Sequence record: SRR20825010_4892
Length of the DNA: 39,609 bases
Reading direction: 5' to 3' (one strand)
Under the pieces are notes generated by a model. That model was not told where the DNA came from. It worked only from the letters and a program-made list of their open reading frames with translations, and did no database searches. Shown in pieces: positions 18,101 to 27,166 of the stretch (its first letter is position 1; each line of letters opens with the position of its first letter). The position numbers and the translations under genes are program-made.

Positions 18101-21100
18101 TTTCTAATGAAGTAGATTTTGATAAAACTAATATCGAGTACATCGAATTTTGGATGATGGACCCCTTTATCAACTCAACCAATGGCACACCAGGCAATCC
18201 AAGAGGGTTTATTGATGATGGCATTAATACTCCGAAAGCAAATACAACGGGAGGTAAATTCATCCTGAACCTCGGTAGTATTTCTGAGGATTTGATGAAA
18301 GATGAGCGACACGCTTTTGAGCAAGGACTTCCAGCCAATGGGGACCCAAGCATTGAAAACGTAGTAGAAAATGAATGGGGTCGAGTGACACGCCAGCCTT
18401 ACTTGAACCCCGCCTTCGATAATTCAGGGGACGCTAGGGCCAATCAAGATGTAGGGCTTGACGGATTGAAATCTTCAGATGAATTTACTTTTTTCGCGAA
18501 TTACCTAAATTCGCTTAATGTCAATGATAACGCTAAACAGCAAATTGAAGCCGATCCCTCGGCCGATAATTTCCAATATTACTTGGGAGATGAGCTGGAC
18601 GTGAAAGACGCCAAAGTACTGGAGCGATATAAAAACTTCAACGGACTCGAAGGTAATAGCCCCGTAAATAACGGAAACCAACTTTACACTCCATCATCCA
18701 CCAATTTACCCGACAACGAGGATTTGAATAGAGACAATACCCTAAACGACCTTGAAGAATATTATGGATATGAGCTAAACTTAAAACCTGGGCAACTCGA
18801 AGTAGGCAAAAACAATATTGTAGACAAGGTTTCGAATGCTATTGGTGACAATGGAGATATAGTCAACTGGTATCTTTTCAGGATCCCTGTAAGAAAACCA
18901 GACTATGTCCAAGGAAATATCAATGGATTCAAGTCCATACGGTATATGCGTACTTACTTCACGGATTTTGAAGAACCTGTAGTGCTTAGGTTCGTGAACT
19001 TCAGGTTAGTAGGAAGTCAGTGGAGAACATTCCAAGAAAGCCTATTTGAAAAAGGTTTGAATGAAATCCCCGAGCCATCAGATCCTAACTTCACCGTTTC
19101 TGTAGTTGGAATTGAAGAAAATAGCCAAGGGAGTCAAGGCAGACCTCCTTATGTATTGCCTCCAGGCATAGAGCGCGATAGAGATAACACATCTGCCGTA
19201 GAAAGAAGACGCAACGAGCAGTCATTGCAGCTTTGTGTAGATGACTTGAGAGATAAAGATGCTCGTGCTGTATTTAAAAACGTGAGTCAGGACATGGTAA
19301 ACTACGGAAGAATTAAGATGTTCCTCCACGCTGATAGCCAAGACAACCTTGCCCCAGGCGAAGTAACTGCCTTCATTAGACTAGGGACTGACTTTACTGA
19401 AAACTACTATGAGATTGAAGTGCCTTTAACCATGACGCCTTCCGGCATGTTTTCTCCACGCGATATTTGGCCGGAAGAAAATGAAATCGACTTAGCCTTC
19501 AGTAGCCTCTACGAAGTGAAGTCAAGGCGAAACGCCAGCAATGCCAACCTAAGCTTGCCTTATACGGAAACGATAGATCGTTATAATGTCACGGTAGTTG
19601 GCCGACCAGATTTAAGTTCTGTTCAAACCCTAATGATTGGGGTTAGGAACCCAAGTTCACCCGATTTAGAACCAAAGAGCTTCTGTATTTGGGCCAACGA
19701 ACTTCGGGTAACAAATTTCGACTCTAAATCAGGAATAGCAGCTAATGCACGGCTCGATGCTCAGTTGGCCGATTTCGGAAACGTTTCAGCATCAGTAAGG
19801 CATTCATCTATTGGCTTTGGCGGAATAGCAGATAAAATTTCAGAAAGGAGTAGAGAAAATTCAACACAGTACGATATCTCTACTAGCCTCAAACTAGGCA
19901 AGTTCTTTCCGGATAATTGGGGCATTGAGCTTCCTGCCTATCTCAGTTTAGAAAATTCACGAGCTATCCCACAATACGACCCTCTTGATCCCGATTTACC
20001 ACTAGAAGATGTACTTAGCTCCTTTGAAACCAAGGAAGAAAGAGACGCCTACTATGCCAAGGTAGTAGATCAATCGAAACGAAGGAGTTTCAACTTCTCT
20101 AACGTTCGTAAAAGAAGAGTAAATACAGATGCACCAAAACGTATTTATGATATCGAAAACTTGAGTTTTACTTACGCCTACAATGAAATAACTAGGAGCA
20201 ATATCAACACCGCTTCTTATGACTACAAAAACTATCGAGGAGCTGTCACTTACAGTTATCAACCTAAAGAGTGGTTTATTGAACCATTTAAAAATATAGG
20301 GTTCTTGAGCTCCAAATGGCTTCAAATCATTAAAGATGTCAATTTCAATGTGGTACCAAACTCCATTACCGTCAATGGAAATGTAAACCGAAGCTTTCTC
20401 AAAACCCAGTTAAGAAACTCAGACCTCAACACGGACGGAATAGATCCATATTTTGAAAAATCATTCACTTTTGATAGAAGCTATGCTGTAAACTGGAACC
20501 TAACCAAAGCTTTAACACTAGATTACTTTGCCAACGTAAATGCCATCATCGATGAACCCGAGGGTGATATTAATACCGATGTAAAAAAAGATTCCGTATG
20601 GACCAACTTCAAAAATTTTGGGAGAATAAAGAATTACACACATACGATCAATTCCAGCTATACCTTACCTTTTGAAAAAATACCTGTTACAAACTGGCTA
20701 AACTCTACCGTAAGTTATGCTTCCACTTACAACTGGAAAGCAGGTGCCATAGGACAAGCCGACACTTTGGGCAATTACGCTGGTAACACACGAGTGGTCA
20801 AACTGAATGGTAAGATTGATTTTCAGAAGATCTATAACAACATTGGGCTGTTAAAGAAAATAAACTCCCCCACACGAAGTAGGGCGCGGCCTACTGGATT
20901 GGCTACAAACGATTCTACCAAACAAAAAAAGACCATCGATCAGATGCCAGCGCTTAAGGCATTACTTAGGGCAGTGATGATGGTGAGAAGTGCAACATTT
21001 GATTACTCCGTTGCCCAAGGAACAGTTTTGCCCGGTTACATGCCTGATGTTTTTCTTTTTGGGCTAGATAAAGAGATGACGAGTCCCCGTCTTGGCTTTA

Positions 21101-22311
21101 TTGTAGGTAGCCAAGACGCTGCCATACGGACGCAACTCGCTAGAGATGGGCGATATGCCCAGAGTACATTCCTGACCGCTCCATTTACGCAAGACAAAAA
21201 CATGAGCTTCAACTACTCAACAGTATTAGAACCTTTTGGCGATTTTAGGGTGACACTTACAGGAAGAAAAACGCACTCGGAAGACTATCAGGAAATATTT
21301 AGGCGAGACGATGTGGCAGGTGAATTCTTAAGCATCAATCCAAACCGAACGGGTACTTATATTGTGTCTTACAATATGTTCAAAACAGCTTTCGAAAAAG
21401 ATGATAGCAACGATGACTCTCCTCTATTTTCCAATTTCGAAACCTACAGAAACATATTAAAATCAAGATTAGACCAGTCTAATGATGCGGGAAACTATGA
21501 TGTCAATTCGCAGGATGTAGTGATCCCTGCATTCCTAGCGGCCTATTCGGGCCAAAGACCAGATGAAATCAAGACCTCAGCCTTCCCTCGAATCCCCATT
21601 CCAGGCTGGGCCCTTAACTACCGTGGTCTAACAAAAATTGATGCAGTAAAAGAGCTATTCAGTACTGTGAGCCTTACACATTCTTACAGTAGCCAGTACA
21701 GTGTAAGTAATTACATCAACTCAGCCCTATATACGTCCAACCTCACTCTGGAGAATCAATTGAACGATTATGGTTTGGCAGATCAGTTCAATGAAGACGG
21801 TAACTTGGTACCAATTTTCACTTCACAACAGGTGATACTTACAGAGAAATTCTCTCCTCTGGTAGGAATAAACCTGAAGACCACAAATAGCTGGAGCCTA
21901 GATTTCAATTACTCCAAAGAGAGAAACATTGCGCTTAACCTATCCAATATTCAAGTGACAGAACGATCGGCAAATGATATCAGCGTAACCCTAGGCTATA
22001 CTAAAGCCGGGGTGAAAATTCCTTTCAGGATTAGGGGAAGAAAAGAAACCCTTCCTAACGAATTACGCTTTAACATGACATTTAGCTTACGTGATAACAA
22101 AACCGTTCAGCGAAGAATTGGTGAATCCAGCATCGTCACAGAGGGGATCAAAATCTTCCAACTTAGCCCAACTCTAGAATACAATGTGAGCGATGCGCTT
22201 CAAGTTGCTTTCTATTTTGAAAAGAATATCAATGAACCAAGAGTGACAACAAGCTTCTTAAATGCTAGAACCGCCTTTGGTGGAAGAATTAGGTTCAGTT
22301 TGTCTCAATAA
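15178..22311 (+). CDS. sprA: Type IX secretion system translocon SprA (Sov)
   Basis: 2377 aa, signal peptide, DYDENRHFFL, YIDDFES, EYIEFWMMDPF, NLGSISED motifs; ruvA-sprA-gcvH synteny. Confidence 0.95.
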   Translation: MINQTIKILLLIVIGLTFLGSSSQTYAHEQQTQDTTRISSDTTQYQKVSYPNFGLRFRVGDPLTKRRLKSPLLFNNLNFYNREYQLDTSKSLVYSEKFGSQFLGTPTLIPFNVALQEREEQGTMEFLAEKAKAQDGESAVSNRGQLIPPIALSPFFDRLFGGDEINIQTSGFVQLDFGGQFQRVDNPAIPIRQQRTGGFEFDQNIEMSLQGTIGSKLKIGANFDNSNSFDFENQLKVEFAGLESDIIKTIELGDVSLPVANSLISGAQNLFGFKTQLQFGRLYVTTLAATQRGQSQSIEIEGGIQRNEFEIRASDYDENRHFFLGQFFRDNYENWLQSIPSVISGLQVTRVEVYVLNRTNNTQTLRNFAAFMDLGESDKIYRENNVFVGDGTPNSPTANAANSLYQNLITDPRLRQADQLSSVLENEKGLEKALDFERVTGARKLDPSEYYFNSQLGFISLSRQLQSDEVLAVSYEYNYQGRGYKVGELTEDYQNRPENEAIFLKLLRPSKINTRVPTWNLMMKNIYNLNASNISKEAFQLRVIYRDDQTGIDNPSLHEGENTKDVPLIRTLGLDKLNQSGDPQPDANFDFVEDITINTERGYMLFPVLEPFGRTLESKFATGEQFLADKYVYDTLYRTTKADAELVSRLNKFYIKGSLQSGSSNEINLNAFQIAPGSVQVLAGNTPLQEGSDFTVDYSLGKVNIINPSILNSGKKIRVNYEKADLFNFQSRTLVGTRLDYVLNPKTNFGFTFLNLNERPQMTRVGIGNEPVNNTVYGLDINYSDESRFLTRMVDALPFIDTKAPSTITFSGEMAQLIPGTSNKVDGVGTSYIDDFESTVTPFSLNNPTSWKFGATPKTDDNRFDKSNETTDRLGANYKRAKVAWYTIDNVIYRNTGRSRPQNITAIDLENHYVRSVGQNEVIKRDAQQIIVNEPSFDLAYYPSERGIYNYNPNLTSEGFLPNPKSNFGAITRAISNEVDFDKTNIEYIEFWMMDPFINSTNGTPGNPRGFIDDGINTPKANTTGGKFILNLGSISEDLMKDERHAFEQGLPANGDPSIENVVENEWGRVTRQPYLNPAFDNSGDARANQDVGLDGLKSSDEFTFFANYLNSLNVNDNAKQQIEADPSADNFQYYLGDELDVKDAKVLERYKNFNGLEGNSPVNNGNQLYTPSSTNLPDNEDLNRDNTLNDLEEYYGYELNLKPGQLEVGKNNIVDKVSNAIGDNGDIVNWYLFRIPVRKPDYVQGNINGFKSIRYMRTYFTDFEEPVVLRFVNFRLVGSQWRTFQESLFEKGLNEIPEPSDPNFTVSVVGIEENSQGSQGRPPYVLPPGIERDRDNTSAVERRRNEQSLQLCVDDLRDKDARAVFKNVSQDMVNYGRIKMFLHADSQDNLAPGEVTAFIRLGTDFTENYYEIEVPLTMTPSGMFSPRDIWPEENEIDLAFSSLYEVKSRRNASNANLSLPYTETIDRYNVTVVGRPDLSSVQTLMIGVRNPSSPDLEPKSFCIWANELRVTNFDSKSGIAANARLDAQLADFGNVSASVRHSSIGFGGIADKISERSRENSTQYDISTSLKLGKFFPDNWGIELPAYLSLENSRAIPQYDPLDPDLPLEDVLSSFETKEERDAYYAKVVDQSKRRSFNFSNVRKRRVNTDAPKRIYDIENLSFTYAYNEITRSNINTASYDYKNYRGAVTYSYQPKEWFIEPFKNIGFLSSKWLQIIKDVNFNVVPNSITVNGNVNRSFLKTQLRNSDLNTDGIDPYFEKSFTFDRSYAVNWNLTKALTLDYFANVNAIIDEPEGDINTDVKKDSVWTNFKNFGRIKNYTHTINSSYTLPFEKIPVTNWLNSTVSYASTYNWKAGAIGQADTLGNYAGNTRVVKLNGKIDFQKIYNNIGLLKKINSPTRSRARPTGLATNDSTKQKKTIDQMPALKALLRAVMMVRSATFDYSVAQGTVLPGYMPDVFLFGLDKEMTSPRLGFIVGSQDAAIRTQLARDGRYAQSTFLTAPFTQDKNMSFNYSTVLEPFGDFRVTLTGRKTHSEDYQEIFRRDDVAGEFLSINPNRTGTYIVSYNMFKTAFEKDDSNDDSPLFSNFETYRNILKSRLDQSNDAGNYDVNSQDVVIPAFLAAYSGQRPDEIKTSAFPRIPIPGWALNYRGLTKIDAVKELFSTVSLTHSYSSQYSVSNYINSALYTSNLTLENQLNDYGLADQFNEDGNLVPIFTSQQVILTEKFSPLVGINLKTTNSWSLDFNYSKERNIALNLSNIQVTERSANDISVTLGYTKAGVKIPFRIRGRKETLPNELRFNMTFSLRDNKTVQRRIGESSIVTEGIKIFQLSPTLEYNVSDALQVAFYFEKNINEPRVTTSFLNARTAFGGRIRFSLSQ

Positions 22312-22365
22312 ACACTTACTTTTCCCAATATTCCGTTTATTTTTGGTCGAATTTATTTTAGAGAA

Positions 22366-22746
22366 ATGAACATACCAGAAAACTTATTGTATACCAAAGA
22401 CCACGAGTGGATAAGGGTTGAAGGAAATGAAGCAACAGTTGGAGTTACTGATTTTGCACAAAGCGAACTAGGCGATATCGTCTATGTTGAAATTGAGACA
22501 GAAGGAGATTCGCTTGACAAAGAAGAGGTATTCGGTACAGTAGAGGCTGTAAAAACTGTTTCTGATTTATTCATGCCACTTTCGGGTGAAGTAAAAGAAT
22601 TTAACAGTCAGCTTGAAGACGCTCCGGAAACAGTGAATTCTGACCCCTACGGAGAGGGTTGGATGATTAAAATCACCCTGAGTGACCCTTCAGAAGTTGA
22701 AGGTCTTATGGATGCGGCTACTTATAAGGCACTAATTGGTCAATAG
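22366..22746 (+). CDS. gcvH: Glycine cleavage system H protein
   Basis: [18 protein letters not shown] (lipoyl Lys), NSDPYGEGW. Confidence 0.97.
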   Translation: MNIPENLLYTKDHEWIRVEGNEATVGVTDFAQSELGDIVYVEIETEGDSLDKEEVFGTVEAVKTVSDLFMPLSGEVKEFNSQLEDAPETVNSDPYGEGWMIKITLSDPSEVEGLMDAATYKALIGQ

Positions 22747-22760
22747 ATCCAATTTGCCTC

Positions 22761-23129
22761 ATGGGCTCGTTTATTAAACAGTATTGGGCCAGTGTATCTT
22801 GGGCCATAGTTTTGGCAATATTAATGTTATTGCCACAAGATTCTTTTCCTGAGTCTAAATTACTTTCGTATGACAAGATAGCCCATTTGGGTGTCTTTGG
22901 AATTCTAAGTTTTTTAGTCCTCTGGGGCAAAAGGAATAATAAGGACAAAGCACGACTTGAAAACAAATACCTATTGATTTCGTTAACTATATGCGTAGTT
23001 TACGGATTGGTACTGGAATCATTACAGTCCGTTGTCCCCGGTAGAATGACAGATATCTACGATTTGCTCGCAAATACAATTGGAGCTATTGCAGGTGTCG
23101 TAGTTTTTTCTACTTTTATGAAATATTAG
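22761..23129 (+). CDS. VanZ-like membrane protein
   Basis: DKIAHLGVF, ESLQ...PGR...DLLANTIG motifs. Confidence 0.88.
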   Translation: MGSFIKQYWASVSWAIVLAILMLLPQDSFPESKLLSYDKIAHLGVFGILSFLVLWGKRNNKDKARLENKYLLISLTICVVYGLVLESLQSVVPGRMTDIYDLLANTIGAIAGVVVFSTFMKY

Positions 23130-23142
23130 TTTGCGAATACCA

Positions 23143-23158
23143 AACTAATGCTATAGTT
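23143..23158. promoter_or_regulatory. AACTA-N6-TAGTT palindrome upstream of tonB1
   Basis: AACTAATGCTATAGTT. Confidence 0.55.
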
Positions 23159-23181
23159 TTAAAGTGTAACTAAAAGAGATT

Positions 23182-23856
23182 ATGGAAGCTAAAAAGACTC
23201 CGTCAGCAGACTTGAATAAAAAGTCCAGCCTATTCTTAGCAATAGGTCTGCTTGTGAGCCTTGGTGTAACATTCGCTGCCTTTGAATGGAAGAAAACTGA
23301 AAAAGGTGAGTTGATGGACCTAGGTATGGCAACTGACGATTTTGAAGATTTAATTGAAATCCCACCAACCGAACAACCACCTCCCCCACCGCCAGTAAAA
23401 CAGCAACCTCAAATTATTGAGATTCCTGATGAAGAGGAGATCGAAGAAGAAATCGAGATCAATTTGGATGTGGAAATAACAGAAGAAACTGAGGTTGAAG
23501 AAATTGTTTTTGAAGAAGAACCTGAAGAGGAAGTAGGAGATGAAATTTTCCTAATCGTTGAAGACAATGCCGAATTCCCTGGAGGCGATGCCGAATGGAA
23601 TAAATTCTTACAGAAAAACTTGAAGTACCCTCGTTCAGCGTCAAGAATGGGAATTGAAGGATCAGTATTCTTATCCTTTGTTGTAGACAAAGAAGGTAAA
23701 CTGTCAGATATTACCGTAACAAGAGGGATCGGTGGAGGCTGTGATGCTGAAGCAATTCGAGTTTTGGAGTCATCTCCAAGATGGACTCCTGGAAAACAAA
23801 GAGGAAGAGCTGTTAAGTCTAGAATGGCAATCAGAATTCTCTTCAAACTTAAGTAA
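23182..23856 (+). CDS. tonB: Energy transducer TonB family protein (copy 1)
   Basis: N-terminal TM helix, Pro/Glu-rich linker, C-terminal domain FPGG...LKYPRSASRMGIEGSV...WTPGKQRGRAV. Confidence 0.9.
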   Translation: MEAKKTPSADLNKKSSLFLAIGLLVSLGVTFAAFEWKKTEKGELMDLGMATDDFEDLIEIPPTEQPPPPPPVKQQPQIIEIPDEEEIEEEIEINLDVEITEETEVEEIVFEEEPEEEVGDEIFLIVEDNAEFPGGDAEWNKFLQKNLKYPRSASRMGIEGSVFLSFVVDKEGKLSDITVTRGIGGGCDAEAIRVLESSPRWTPGKQRGRAVKSRMAIRILFKLK

Positions 23857-23864
23857 TTATAAAG

Positions 23865-23888
23865 AGCCCAATCTAATTGGGCTTTTTT
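23865..23888 (+). terminator. Rho-independent terminator after tonB1
   Basis: AGCCCAAT-CTA-ATTGGGCT followed by T-tract. Confidence 0.85.
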
Positions 23889-23891
23889 AGA

Positions 23892-23915
23892 TACTAAATA
23901 ACTAGTTTATTAGTT
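23892..23915. promoter_or_regulatory. Two overlapping (A/T)ACTA-N6-TAGTT sites upstream of tonB2
   Basis: TACTAAATAACTAGTT (23892-23907) and AACTAGTTTATTAGTT (23900-23915). Confidence 0.55.
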
Positions 23916-24003
23916 ATATATTGAGTATATTTAGTTGTAATTCTTAGAAGGCATCTCTTTTAAGGAAAGTAAGAAGATATGTTCAATCTTAAATTAAAAA
24001 ACT

Positions 24004-24672
24004 ATGGAAGCTAAGAAATCTCATTCAGCAGATATCAACAGAAAATCAAACCTATTCCTTGCTATTGGCTTGTTAGCCAGCCTTGGAATAACCTTTGCTG
24101 CCTTTGAATGGAAGCAACAGGAAAAAGGTGACCTTATGGACTTAGGTATGGCTTTAGATGATTTTGATGACCTCATCGAAATTCCACCAACTATTCAACC
24201 TCCACCAAAGGCCCCTCCTATTCAACAACCAAAAATTATTTCAATACCTGATGACGAGGAAATTGATGATGAAATAGAAATCAATATCGATGTGGATATT
24301 ACTGAACAAACTGAAATTGAGGATCTCGTTTTTGAAGACCAACCTGATGAGGTAGTTTCTGATGAGCCCTTCCTAATTGTTGAGGATCCAGCCAAATTCC
24401 CGGAGAATGGATGGAACAAATTCCTAAATGACAATTTGAAATACCCTCGGCAAGCACAACGAATGGGAATCGAAGGAACCGTAGACCTTTCCTTTATAGT
24501 TGACGCTAATGGAGTAATCTCTAACATCGAAGTAATAAGGGGTATTGGAGGAGGATGCGATGAGGAAGCAATAAGAGTACTTGAAGCCTCTCCGAAATGG
24601 ATTCCTGGAAAGCAAAGAGGTGTAGCCGTTAAATCACGAATGGCAATCAGAATAAAATTTAGACTGAAATAA
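24004..24672 (+). CDS. tonB: Energy transducer TonB family protein (copy 2)
   Basis: Clearly paralogous to copy 1 along its full length. Confidence 0.9.
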   Translation: MEAKKSHSADINRKSNLFLAIGLLASLGITFAAFEWKQQEKGDLMDLGMALDDFDDLIEIPPTIQPPPKAPPIQQPKIISIPDDEEIDDEIEINIDVDITEQTEIEDLVFEDQPDEVVSDEPFLIVEDPAKFPENGWNKFLNDNLKYPRQAQRMGIEGTVDLSFIVDANGVISNIEVIRGIGGGCDEEAIRVLEASPKWIPGKQRGVAVKSRMAIRIKFRLK

Positions 24673-24675
24673 GTC

Positions 24676-24700
24676 AAAGCCCAAGTACATTGGGCTTTTT
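24676..24700 (+). terminator. Rho-independent terminator after tonB2
   Basis: AAAGCCCAA-GTACA-TTGGGCTTTTT; same stem as the tonB1 terminator. Confidence 0.85.
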
Positions 24701-24710
24701 CATAGCCACA

Positions 24711-24730
24711 TTAACTAAATAATTAGTTAA
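24711..24730. promoter_or_regulatory. Extended palindrome upstream of tonB3
   Basis: TTAACTAA-ATAA-TTAGTTAA, containing AACTA-N6-TAGTT at 24713-24728. Confidence 0.6.
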
Positions 24731-24758
24731 TAAACACTTATACTAAAACCACACATTC

Positions 24759-25433
24759 ATGGAACAGAAAAAAACTACCTCAGCCGATTTGAACAAAAAG
24801 TCTACCTTATTCTTAGCCATAGGCCTACTCATCAGTCTCAGTCTTACCTTTATCGCATTTGAGTGGAGGGTGCATGAAAAAGGTGATTTAATGGACTTAG
24901 GCACTACCATGAATGACTTTGACGATTTAATAGAGATTCCACCCACAAAACAGCCACCACCAGAGGCTCCTCCACTTCAACAACCAGATATTGTACCAAT
25001 TCCAGACGATGAAGAGATTGATGAGACTATTGAAATCAACTTAGATGTAGATATTACAGAAGACACCGAAGTTGAAAATTTAGTTTTTGAAGCTGAACCT
25101 GCTGATGAAGTTGCTGATGAAATACACATAGTTGTTGAAGAGTATGCAAAATTCCCTGGTGGTTGGGGGGAATGGGCGAAGTTCCTTAACAAAAATTTTC
25201 AATATCCGCGCCAAGCTCAACGAACGGGGATTGAAGGCACTGTGCATTTATCGTTTGTAGTCGATGCAAGTGGTGTCATTTCCGACATAGTAGTAACCCG
25301 AGGTATTGGAGGCGGATGTGACGAAGAAGCCATAAGAGTACTCAGTTCATCCCCAAGGTGGACTCCTGGAAAGCAAAGAGGGGTAGCCGTAAAGTCAAGA
25401 ATGGCTATTCAGATCAAGTTTGGTTTAAAATAA
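24759..25433 (+). CDS. tonB: Energy transducer TonB family protein (copy 3)
   Basis: Paralogous to copies 1 and 2. Confidence 0.9.
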   Translation: MEQKKTTSADLNKKSTLFLAIGLLISLSLTFIAFEWRVHEKGDLMDLGTTMNDFDDLIEIPPTKQPPPEAPPLQQPDIVPIPDDEEIDETIEINLDVDITEDTEVENLVFEAEPADEVADEIHIVVEEYAKFPGGWGEWAKFLNKNFQYPRQAQRTGIEGTVHLSFVVDASGVISDIVVTRGIGGGCDEEAIRVLSSSPRWTPGKQRGVAVKSRMAIQIKFGLK

Positions 25434-25487
25434 ACCACTTCTCCATTTACTTACTGTTCATTTATTTTAATCTTAAACAAACGAATC

Positions 25488-26153
25488 ATGGAAACTAAAA
25501 AGAACAAGCAACTGAATATTGAAGAAAAAAGACCACTCTTTCTCTTCATTGGATTATGCATTAGTTTGGGGCTTAGCCTGGCTGCTTTTGAGTACAAAAC
25601 CATTCCAACAACACCTCCAATATTAACATATGCTGAAAGTGACTACTGGAGTTTTAATGAGCCCCCAATCACAACCATTAAGCGGCCAAAACCTATCATT
25701 CAGCAACCGTTATTAGTGGAGATACCTAATGAAGAAGAGCCAAATGAAATAGTTCTGTACACTTATGAGCGTGAGCCACTTAATGTTGATATTCTAGGGC
25801 CAGCTGCTGTGATTACAGAAAAGCCTGAGGAGTCAGAAGACGAATTTGTCATTGCAGAAAAAGAAGCCTCTTTTCCGGGAGGAACAGAAGCTTGGGTCAA
25901 ATTCTTGAATAAAAATTTCAAATATCCCAAAAATGCTCAAAGAATGGGGGTTGAAGGAAAAGTAGTATTGTCCTTCAATGTAGCCGCAAATGGAAAGATT
26001 TCTGATTTAAAAGTATTGAGAGGCATTAGCAAAGATTGCGATGCGGAAGCCATCCGTGTACTCAGCAAATCACCACGCTGGAATCCGGGCCTCCAACGAG
26101 GGGTTCCTGTAAAATCACCCAGAACGGTGACAATCAATTTCATACTCAATTAA
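25488..26153 (+). CDS. tonB: Energy transducer TonB family protein (copy 4, more diverged)
   Basis: Same architecture; FPGG...FKYPKNAQRMGVEGKV...WNPGLQRGVPV. Confidence 0.87.
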   Translation: METKKNKQLNIEEKRPLFLFIGLCISLGLSLAAFEYKTIPTTPPILTYAESDYWSFNEPPITTIKRPKPIIQQPLLVEIPNEEEPNEIVLYTYEREPLNVDILGPAAVITEKPEESEDEFVIAEKEASFPGGTEAWVKFLNKNFKYPKNAQRMGVEGKVVLSFNVAANGKISDLKVLRGISKDCDAEAIRVLSKSPRWNPGLQRGVPVKSPRTVTINFILN

Positions 26154-26170
26154 AGTTCGTGTAAAAGCAA

Positions 26171-26195
26171 GAGGCCAGCTTTGAAAGCTGGCCTC
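26171..26195. terminator. Hairpin between convergent tonB4 and yicC (probable bidirectional terminator)
   Basis: Perfect stem GAGGCCAGCTT-TGA-AAGCTGGCCTC. Confidence 0.75.
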
Positions 26196-26225
26196 ATTGT
26201 ATATTATCTTACCCCTAATCAATCT

Positions 26226-27107
26226 TTAGATGATGTTTAAGAGCTGTTCTTTGATTTTTTCTAGCTCGTCCTTCATACATACCACAAAACGCTGCATTGG
26301 CGCGTAATTGGCTTTTGAACCAATGGTATTAATCTCTCTTCCAATCTCCTGAGAAATGAAATTCAATTTCTTGCCTTGAGAAGTTACTTCCTTTAAAATT
26401 TCTAAGAAATAATCAAGATGGGCATTCAAGCGAACAAATTCTTCGCTTACATCTAGCTTCTCTATAAAGTATATCATTTCTTGCTCAAACCTGTTCACAT
26501 CAAACTGATCAGAGCCAACCAAATCCTTTTGGTGACTTTGAATTCTCTCCCTAATAGACACCAATCGCTCCGTTTCTACTGTCTTGATGTCATTTAAGTA
26601 ACTCCCAATATTCTTGATATAAGATTCAAGCTCAGACTGAAGTTTGGCACCTTCTTGTTCCCTAAATTCGTTGCAATGCACAATGGCAGCAATTAAATTC
26701 TCTTTAGTGAAGTCCCATTGCTCAGCAATGAGTTCTTCATTAATACCGGAGCCAGACATTACTTCTGGGCTGTGCAAAGCCAACCTAAAAAGATCTCCCT
26801 TTTCAGCACCAACTTCAGTGGCCAGTTGGTCATATTCATTATAGTATGATTTAAACAAGACATGGTTTACTTCTTGTTTTGAGGCTTCGGCATCATCTGA
26901 GCTCATTTCGATACTCACGGCCACTTTACCTCTAACCAACTCCGAATTCAGCATATTCCTGATTTCAAGTTCCTTGTCTTGCAAGTGTCTTGGTAGACGA
27001 ATTTGAGCGTCAAGAAATTTAGAATTGAGTGAGCGAATTTCAACTGAAACTTGCATAGCGCCTTTCTGCGCCTTAGATAGGCCATAGCCCGTCATTGATT
27101 TAAGCAT
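26226..27107 (-). CDS. yicC: YicC/YloC family endoribonuclease
   Basis: MLKSMTGYG, EIRSLNSKFLD, GKKLNFISQEIGREINTIGSKAN motifs. TAACTTCG promoter-like box at 27131-27138 (-). Confidence 0.93.
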   Translation of the reverse strand: MLKSMTGYGLSKAQKGAMQVSVEIRSLNSKFLDAQIRLPRHLQDKELEIRNMLNSELVRGKVAVSIEMSSDDAEASKQEVNHVLFKSYYNEYDQLATEVGAEKGDLFRLALHSPEVMSGSGINEELIAEQWDFTKENLIAAIVHCNEFREQEGAKLQSELESYIKNIGSYLNDIKTVETERLVSIRERIQSHQKDLVGSDQFDVNRFEQEMIYFIEKLDVSEEFVRLNAHLDYFLEILKEVTSQGKKLNFISQEIGREINTIGSKANYAPMQRFVVCMKDELEKIKEQLLNII

Positions 27108-27166
27108 GGAAATTTGTTTTAAACAACTCGCGAAGTTAAAGCTATTCAGCCAATCTCAAAAAGGAA

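Noticed and set aside
22761..23129. Glycopeptide resistance locus
   Set aside because: VanZ-like genes beside gcvH are ordinary chromosomal genes, and no other van genes are present.
23409..25192. Similar Ser/Ile-rich antisense ORFs (23409-23846, 24222-24677, 24977-25192)
   Set aside because: Shadows of Glu/Asp-rich tonB codons; their similarity simply reflects tonB paralogy.
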